Positions 57,767 to 64,000 of a DNA stretch of 64,000 nucleotides are shown piece after piece. The stretch covers positions 46,136 through 110,135 of the forward strand of contig JAKSOL010000006.1 of assembly GCA_024405635.1 (NCBI GenBank), in the 5' to 3' direction. The notes beneath the pieces are model-generated. The model did not search any database and had not been told where the DNA came from. It saw only the letters and a list, made by a program, of their open reading frames with translations. Source of the DNA: Salinivirgaceae bacterium (lineage in GTDB: Bacteria > Bacteroidota > Bacteroidia > Bacteroidales > SZUA-534). The position numbers and the translations under genes were made by a program. Position 1 is the stretch's first letter. Each line of letters starts with the position of its first letter.

Positions 57767-60034
57767 ATGCTATTCGATTTACCAATGATTGAGCAGTTTT
57801 ATAACGAACTGCCAGCAAAAATCTCTGAAGCTAAAAAGATGTTGGGCCGACCAATGACTTTGAGCGAAAAAATACTTTATGCACATTTGTCAAACGAGGC
57901 AGAACGCAAAAATTACGAACGAGGTGCAAGTTATGCGTTGTTTGCTCCAAACCGCGTTGCAATGCAAGACGCAACAGCACAAATGGCGCTATTGCAATTT
58001 ATTAACGCAGGAAAAGACAAAGCCGCAGTTCCTTCAACTGTACACTGCGACCACCTTATTCAAGCAAATGTTGGCGCAAAAGCTGACCTTGAAGTTGCAT
58101 TAAAGCAAAACGAAGAGGTTTATGGTTTCTTGAAGAATGTTGCAGCAAAATACGGAATCGGCTTTTGGAAACCAGGAGCAGGTATTATTCATCAAGTATT
58201 GCTTGAAAACTATGCATTCCCTGGCGGAATGATGGTTGGAACCGACTCGCACACTGTAAACGCAGGAGGCTTGGGCATGGTTGCAATTGGTGTTGGCGGC
58301 GCCGACGCTGTTGACGTTATGGTTGGCCTACCTTGGGAGCTTAAAATGCCTAAGTTGATTGGTATTAAACTAACTGGCAAATTAAACGGTTGGGCGTCAC
58401 CAAAAGACATTATTCTTAAAGTTGCTGGTATGCTTACCGTAAAAGGTGGTACAGGTTGCATTGTTGAATACTTTGGCGAGGGTGCCGATAGCCTATCATG
58501 CACAGGTAAAGGAACTATTTGTAACATGGGTGCCGAAATTGGTGCTACTACATCAATCTTTGCATTCGACAAAAAAATGTATGATTATTTAGTTGCTACA
58601 GGTCGCGAGCAGATTGCTAAAATGGCCATGGCCAACAAAGAAAACCTTGCTAGCGATGCAGAGGTTTATGCAAATCCTGAAAAATACTACGACCAACTAA
58701 TTGAGATTGACCTTGCAACTGTTGAACCTTACATTAATGGTCCATTTACACCAGATGCAGCAACTCCAATTTCTCAATTTGCCGATTACATTAAAAAGAA
58801 CAATTATCCTGAAACTCTTGAAGTTGGTTTAATTGGATCGTGTACCAACTCATCATACGAAGACCTTGACCGCGCTGCTTCAGTTGCTAAATTTGCCGTA
58901 GCAAACAATATCAAAGTAAAAGCAGAATTTATTGTATCGCCAGGTTCAGAGCAAGTGCGTAAAACAACCGAGCGCGACGGCCAACTTGATGCATTTAAAG
59001 CAATTGGCGGCGTTATGATGACTAACGCATGCGGACCTTGCATCGGTCAATGGAACCGCCACACCGACAATCCAACCGCAAAAAACAGCATCATACACTC
59101 GTTTAACCGCAACTTTGCAAAACGTACCGATGGTAACCCAAACACATGCGGTTTTGTTGCTTCTCCTGAAATGGTTACAGCAATGGCTATTTCTGGTTCA
59201 ATGTTGTTCAACCCATTGACTGACAAGCTTAAAACCGAAGACGGTCGCGAGATTATGCTACAAGCGCCAAATGGTAACGAACTTCCAACCGAAGGTTTCC
59301 TAACTGACCCTAACGGATATCAAGAACCTCCAGTTGATGGTTCAAGCATCGAAATAAAAGTTGATCCAAATAGCGAACGTTTACAACTATTGGAGCCATT
59401 TAAACCATGGGATGGCGCTGATTTTACTAATGTTCATCTGCTTATTAAAGCAAAAGGCAAATGTACAACCGACCACATTAGTATGGCTGGTAAATGGTTA
59501 CGTTATCGTGGTCACCTAGACAACATTAGCAACAACTTGCTAATTGGCGCCATTAACGCATTTAACGAAACAGCCAATAGCGTTCTAAACCCAATGGATG
59601 GAAATTACATTCCAGTTCCAGATTTGGCTCGTACATACAAAGCAGCAGGCATTAAATCAATAATTATTGGTGACGAAAACTATGGTGAAGGTTCAAGCCG
59701 CGAACATGCAGCAATGGAGCCTCGTCATTTAGGCGCATACGCTGTACTAGCAAAATCGTTTGCCCGTATTCACGAAACAAACCTTAAAAAACAAGGTATG
59801 TTGGCATTAACATTTGCTAACAAAGACGACTACAACAAGATTAAAGAAAACGACACCTTTGATATTATTGGTTTAACAACATTTGCAGAAAATACACCTT
59901 TACAAATGGTGATTAAACATGCCGATGGTTCACAAGACCAAATCACCTTGAACCACACATATAACAATGCTCAAATAGAGTGGTTTAAACTAGGTGGCGC
60001 ATTAAACTTAATTCGTAAACAATCAAAAAAATAA
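57767..60034 (+). CDS. acnA: Aconitate hydratase (mitochondrial-type)
   Basis: [37 protein letters not shown]. Start moved to the ATG at 57767. Confidence 0.96.
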   Translation: MLFDLPMIEQFYNELPAKISEAKKMLGRPMTLSEKILYAHLSNEAERKNYERGASYALFAPNRVAMQDATAQMALLQFINAGKDKAAVPSTVHCDHLIQANVGAKADLEVALKQNEEVYGFLKNVAAKYGIGFWKPGAGIIHQVLLENYAFPGGMMVGTDSHTVNAGGLGMVAIGVGGADAVDVMVGLPWELKMPKLIGIKLTGKLNGWASPKDIILKVAGMLTVKGGTGCIVEYFGEGADSLSCTGKGTICNMGAEIGATTSIFAFDKKMYDYLVATGREQIAKMAMANKENLASDAEVYANPEKYYDQLIEIDLATVEPYINGPFTPDAATPISQFADYIKKNNYPETLEVGLIGSCTNSSYEDLDRAASVAKFAVANNIKVKAEFIVSPGSEQVRKTTERDGQLDAFKAIGGVMMTNACGPCIGQWNRHTDNPTAKNSIIHSFNRNFAKRTDGNPNTCGFVASPEMVTAMAISGSMLFNPLTDKLKTEDGREIMLQAPNGNELPTEGFLTDPNGYQEPPVDGSSIEIKVDPNSERLQLLEPFKPWDGADFTNVHLLIKAKGKCTTDHISMAGKWLRYRGHLDNISNNLLIGAINAFNETANSVLNPMDGNYIPVPDLARTYKAAGIKSIIIGDENYGEGSSREHAAMEPRHLGAYAVLAKSFARIHETNLKKQGMLALTFANKDDYNKIKENDTFDIIGLTTFAENTPLQMVIKHADGSQDQITLNHTYNNAQIEWFKLGGALNLIRKQSKK

Positions 60035-60038
60035 TACT

Positions 60039-61304
60039 ATGGCAGCAGAAAAAATTACAATCGCTAACGGTAAACTAAATGTACCTAACAACCCAATCAT
60101 CCCATTTATTGAGGGCGACGGCATTGGCATTGATATTTGGCCAGCAACACAAAAAGTAATTGACGCAGCAGTTGAGAAATTTTACAAAGGCGAGCGTAAA
60201 ATTGAGTGGAAAGAAGTGCTTGCAGGCGAAAAAGCCTTCAAAAACACAGGTAGTTGGTTGCCTGACGAAACATTGCAAGCTTTTCGCGACTACCTAGTTG
60301 GTATAAAAGGCCCATTGACTACACCAATTGGTGGTGGCATTCGTTCATTGAACGTTGCTTTGCGTCAACAACTTGACTTGTATGTTTGCCTTCGTCCAGT
60401 TCAATACTACGAAGGAACACCTTCACCTGTAAAAAAACCAGAGTTGGTTGACATGTGCATTTTCCGCGAGAACACCGAAGATATTTATGCTGGTATTGAA
60501 TACATGAACGGAACACCTGAAAATCAAAAGATTAAGAAATTTTTGATTGAAGAAATGGGCGTTTCAAAAATCCGTTTCCCCGAATCGTCTTCAATTGGCA
60601 TTAAACCAGTAAGCCAAGAAGGTACAGAGCGTTTAGTTCGTGCAGCCATTCAATATGCAATTGACCACAAAAAACCATCGGTAACCTTTGTACACAAAGG
60701 CAACATTATGAAATTTACCGAGGGTGCATTCAAAATTTGGGGATACGATTTGACAGAACGCGAATTTGGCGATGTGGTTTACACTTGGAACACATGGGGT
60801 AAAACCAAAGAAGCAAAAGGCGAGGAAGCTGCAAATGCAGAAATGGAAGCCGCTGTAAAAGCAGGCAAAATCATCATTAAAGACTGCATTGCAGACGCAT
60901 TCCTTCAACAAATACTTACCCGTCCTGCCGAATATTCAGTAATTGCTACATTGAACCTAAACGGCGACTATATTTCAGACGCACTTGCAGCATGTGTTGG
61001 TGGCATTGGCATAGCACCAGGAGCAAACATTAACTACATGAGCGGTTATGCAATTTTTGAAGCAACCCATGGAACAGCTCCAAAATATACAGGCAAAAAC
61101 GTTTCAAACCCAGGTTCGTTGTTGCTTTCAGGCGCAATGATGCTTGACTACATGGGCTGGACCGAAGCTGCAGACGGTATTCGTGCATCAATGAGCAAAA
61201 CCATTTCGCAAAAAACCGTTACATACGATTTTGAACGCTTTATGGAAGGTGCAACAAAACTCTCAACATCAGAGTTTGCCGATGCATTGGTTAAAAACCT
61301 TTAA
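60039..61304 (+). CDS. icd: NADP-dependent isocitrate dehydrogenase
   Basis: [32 protein letters not shown]. Confidence 0.96.
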   Translation: MAAEKITIANGKLNVPNNPIIPFIEGDGIGIDIWPATQKVIDAAVEKFYKGERKIEWKEVLAGEKAFKNTGSWLPDETLQAFRDYLVGIKGPLTTPIGGGIRSLNVALRQQLDLYVCLRPVQYYEGTPSPVKKPELVDMCIFRENTEDIYAGIEYMNGTPENQKIKKFLIEEMGVSKIRFPESSSIGIKPVSQEGTERLVRAAIQYAIDHKKPSVTFVHKGNIMKFTEGAFKIWGYDLTEREFGDVVYTWNTWGKTKEAKGEEAANAEMEAAVKAGKIIIKDCIADAFLQQILTRPAEYSVIATLNLNGDYISDALAACVGGIGIAPGANINYMSGYAIFEATHGTAPKYTGKNVSNPGSLLLSGAMMLDYMGWTEAADGIRASMSKTISQKTVTYDFERFMEGATKLSTSEFADALVKNL

Positions 61305-61316
61305 TTGATTTTAATA

Positions 61317-62660
61317 ATGGAAAATTTTATAACAGATATTTCGCGCATCGTTCATCAATCTTGCCAAATCGACAAAGAATTGTTTGACAAGTTTAATGTT
61401 AAACGAGGCTTACGAAATGCTGACGGTTCAGGTGTTTTGGTTGGACTAACCAACATCGGTGATGTTGTAGGTTATCGCCGCGAGGGCGATACTATAGTGC
61501 CAGTAAAGGGCGATTTGCGCTATCGTGGATTCCCAATTCGCGAGTTGGTTAAAGGCTTTCAAGCTGAAAAACGTCACGGATTTGAGGAAACAACATTCTT
61601 GTTACTTACTGGACATTTGCCAACCAAACTACAACTTGAAGAATTGCGCAACAACTTGGCCAGCAAACGCGACCTTGACGATGTGTTTACCAACATGATT
61701 TTGTCGCTACGTGGTCGCGATTTGATGAACATGCTTTCGCGTTCGGTACTAATTCTTTATACACTTGACGACAATGCTGAAGATTATTCATTGCCAAGTT
61801 TGGTTAAACAATCGATAAACTTGATTGCTAAACTACCAGTAATTGTAGCTTATTCGTACCACGGAATGCGTCATGCTTACTATCGTAAGTCAATGATAAT
61901 TCGTCACCCACAAGCAAACTTGTCAACAGCAGAGAACTTTCTTTACATGCTAAAAGGTGAAAAATACACTCCACTTGAAGCTGAAATATTAGACTTGATG
62001 ATGATATTGCATGCAGAACATGGAGGTGGAAACAACTCAACCTTTACAATGCGACTTGTATCGTCGGCAATGACAGATACATATTCAGCAACAGCAGCAG
62101 CCATTGGCTCGTTAAAAGGACGCTTACATGGAGGTGCAAACCTTAAAGTGCTTGACATGATGAACAATATAAAAGCAAATGTACGCGACTGGGAGAATAA
62201 AGAAGAAATTCGCCAATATTTGCTTAAGATATTGAATAAAGAAGCATACGACAAGTCGGGCAAGATTTATGGTATTGGTCACGCTGTTTACACATTATCG
62301 GACCCTAGATGCGAATTGCTTAAAGAAAAAGCCATTGAACTTGCAAAAGAGAAAGGCCTTGAACGTGAATTAAATTTGTATTTAAACATTGAAGAGCTTG
62401 CACCAAAAGTACTTGCAGAGTTCAAAGGTGGAAAAGTTAAACCAGTGTGCGCTAATGTCGATTTTTATTCAGGCTTTGTTTATGAAGCAATTGACATTCC
62501 TCGCGAACTATTTACTCCAATGTTTGCAATAGCTCGTATGGCTGGTTGGGCGGCTCACCGTTTGGAGGAAATAACCTTCGAATCGCGCCGAATAATTCGT
62601 CCAGCATACAAAAACGTTATTCCAAACGAATACCACTACGTTCCACTCGATAACCGATAG
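61317..62660 (+). CDS. gltA: Citrate synthase
   Basis: HAEHGGGNNST, LHGGAN, GIGHAVY, NVDFYSG. Confidence 0.95.
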   Translation: MENFITDISRIVHQSCQIDKELFDKFNVKRGLRNADGSGVLVGLTNIGDVVGYRREGDTIVPVKGDLRYRGFPIRELVKGFQAEKRHGFEETTFLLLTGHLPTKLQLEELRNNLASKRDLDDVFTNMILSLRGRDLMNMLSRSVLILYTLDDNAEDYSLPSLVKQSINLIAKLPVIVAYSYHGMRHAYYRKSMIIRHPQANLSTAENFLYMLKGEKYTPLEAEILDLMMILHAEHGGGNNSTFTMRLVSSAMTDTYSATAAAIGSLKGRLHGGANLKVLDMMNNIKANVRDWENKEEIRQYLLKILNKEAYDKSGKIYGIGHAVYTLSDPRCELLKEKAIELAKEKGLERELNLYLNIEELAPKVLAEFKGGKVKPVCANVDFYSGFVYEAIDIPRELFTPMFAIARMAGWAAHRLEEITFESRRIIRPAYKNVIPNEYHYVPLDNR

Positions 62661-62680
62661 ATTGAGAGAATAACAACTAT

Positions 62681-62720
62681 AAAGCCGTCAGAAACCAACG
62701 AGTTTTTTGACGGTTTTTTT
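62681..62720 (+). terminator. Terminator of acn-icd-gltA
   Basis: AAAGCCGTCAGAAA...TTTTTTGACGGTTTTTTT. Confidence 0.8.
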
Positions 62721-62808
62721 GTTTTTACGCAACAAAACCAGCAACAATTTACTCATCGGTTTGTATGGCAATAATTACTAAATTTACCCGTTAATATGTA
62801 ATGTAACT

Positions 62809-64000
62809 ATGCAAAAACCAATACACGCTTTTTCACTGGGCCACAAGCTATTACGCTCGTATTCCGACTTTTATATGAGCATCTTTTACAAAACTAGAAC
62901 TATTGTTGGCCTTGAAAATATTCCACAAGGAGTTCCAATAATATTTGCACCAAACCACCAAAACACATTGATGGATGCCTTGTCGGTGCTATATACTATT
63001 AAAGGACAACCTGTATTTATGGCTCGTAGCGATATTTTTCGAGCAAAAGCAGTTGCTAAAATATTGCGTGCATTTAAAATTCTACCAATCTACCGTATTC
63101 GTGACGGTGTAAAAAACTTGCAAAACAACGACGCTGTATTTGAAGAAGCAGCTGATGTACTTGAAAATAAAAAGCGACTAGTAGTATTGCCAGAAGGATC
63201 GCATTTAGGTCAACGCCGTTTGCGACTACTAAAAAAAGGTATTGCACGCATTGCCTTTATGGCCGAAGAACGCAACAACTTTGAACTTGGCACTGTAATT
63301 ATCCCAGTAGGATTGGATTATTCAAACTACACAAACTTTGGTTCAAGACTAATGGTAAACATTGGACATCCAATTCCAGTGGCTAAGTACAAAGACTTGT
63401 ACAAAGAGAACGACCAACGTGCAATGGCAAAACTAATGGAAGACATTCGCGAAGGTCTTGTTCCTCTGATGATTAACATTGATAATGAGCAAGAATACTA
63501 TGTACTTGAAGCCTTTAAGGATATTTATATGCAGATTTTGCACAACGGAAAATTAAGCAAAATTGACCATAGACAAATCTTGTCAGAAGCACAACAGTTC
63601 ACAAGCAATGCTCTTCGTTTGGTTAAAGAAGACGAGCAAACATATAGCAAAGTAAAAACTGCTGTAGAGAGCATAAAATCAATAGTATCACGCCACAATT
63701 TGCGTATGTGGGCTATAGCAAAACGTCATTACTCGTGGTTTGGCATAATTGTTAGTTTAATATTTCAACTATTTCTTCTTCCTGTATTTGTGTTGGGATT
63801 TGCACTTAACATAGCTCCATTTGGTTTACCAGTTCACTTTGCACGAAACATTAAAGACCGTCAGTTTTTAAGTTCGTTCCATTTTGTAATAGGAGTTGTA
63901 ACGTTCACAGTATTCTATCTATTATATCTTATTTTGTTATTGTGTTTTGCTCCTAAAATTTGGATTGCACTATTAGCATTTTTAAGCATCATGCCATTAG
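62809..64000 (+). CDS. 1-acyl-sn-glycerol-3-phosphate acyltransferase family protein (runs off the right edge; not in the ORF track)
   Basis: Manual translation from the ATG at 62809 gives MQKPIHAF...PIIFAPNHQNTLMDAL...FMARSDIF...LPEG...LKKGIARIA, with HxxxxD and PEG motifs. Confidence 0.9.
   Translation, partial: MQKPIHAFSLGHKLLRSYSDFYMSIFYKTRTIVGLENIPQGVPIIFAPNHQNTLMDALSVLYTIKGQPVFMARSDIFRAKAVAKILRAFKILPIYRIRDGVKNLQNNDAVFEEAADVLENKKRLVVLPEGSHLGQRRLRLLKKGIARIAFMAEERNNFELGTVIIPVGLDYSNYTNFGSRLMVNIGHPIPVAKYKDLYKENDQRAMAKLMEDIREGLVPLMINIDNEQEYYVLEAFKDIYMQILHNGKLSKIDHRQILSEAQQFTSNALRLVKEDEQTYSKVKTAVESIKSIVSRHNLRMWAIAKRHYSWFGIIVSLIFQLFLLPVFVLGFALNIAPFGLPVHFARNIKDRQFLSSFHFVIGVVTFTVFYLLYLILLLCFAPKIWIALLAFLSIMPL

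Noticed and set aside
34767-61316. Longest-ORF starts in the track for the nitroreductase, mntP, tmk, map, menA, menE, acnA and gltA
   Set aside because: The extensions overlap upstream genes or lack homologous sequence. Downstream ATGs were used instead.
6200-64000. The many 60-170-aa ORFs overlapping housekeeping genes on the opposite strand or in other frames (e.g. 10654..11157, 13986..14411, 25421..25846, 50345..50791)
   Set aside because: They have no motifs and lie fully within well-supported genes, as expected for shadow ORFs.
1-64000. CRISPR arrays, rRNA genes, IS elements
   Set aside because: No regularly spaced repeats, rRNA signatures or transposase motifs were seen. The only repeats found are the 27-bp pair and the 72-bp tandem unit.

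Overview
A 64-kb segment of an AT-rich Bacteroidales (Bacteroidota) chromosome, judged from TAnnTTTG promoter boxes, the rseC-rnfBCDGEA gene order and Bacteroidetes-type OmpA, SPOR and BT_3928-like genes. Most of it is ordinary housekeeping DNA: adk, hpt, valS, the Rnf complex, two tRNA-Leu genes, Trk K+ uptake, uvrB, nadE, mntP, tmk, tpiA, map, menB/A/C/E and aconitase-icd-citrate synthase. Three regions stand out. (1) The left 6.2 kb looks like the edge of a defence island, all on the minus strand. From right to left it holds a DUF4160/DUF2442 toxin-antitoxin pair, a YhcG/DUF1016 remnant between 27-bp direct repeats, and a ~190-nt leader with two mutually exclusive folds (attenuator-like). 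A tight operon follows: SF2 helicase-HNH, an orphan 172-aa protein, a soluble M48 peptidase-TerB fusion and a Z1-family ATPase. The Z1-family gene runs off the window and is missing from the ORF track. I do not recognise this combination as a described system. (2) At 50.0-52.3 kb, Upp is fused in frame through a tandem duplication and a TM helix to a GH25 muramidase. A convergent ORF split by a single in-frame TAA follows. (3) At 53.7-53.8 kb there is a promoter-to-terminator candidate sRNA that is antisense to an AUG start context. I found no CRISPR array, rRNA, integrase or transposase. All domain calls come from reading motifs by eye; no database search was run.
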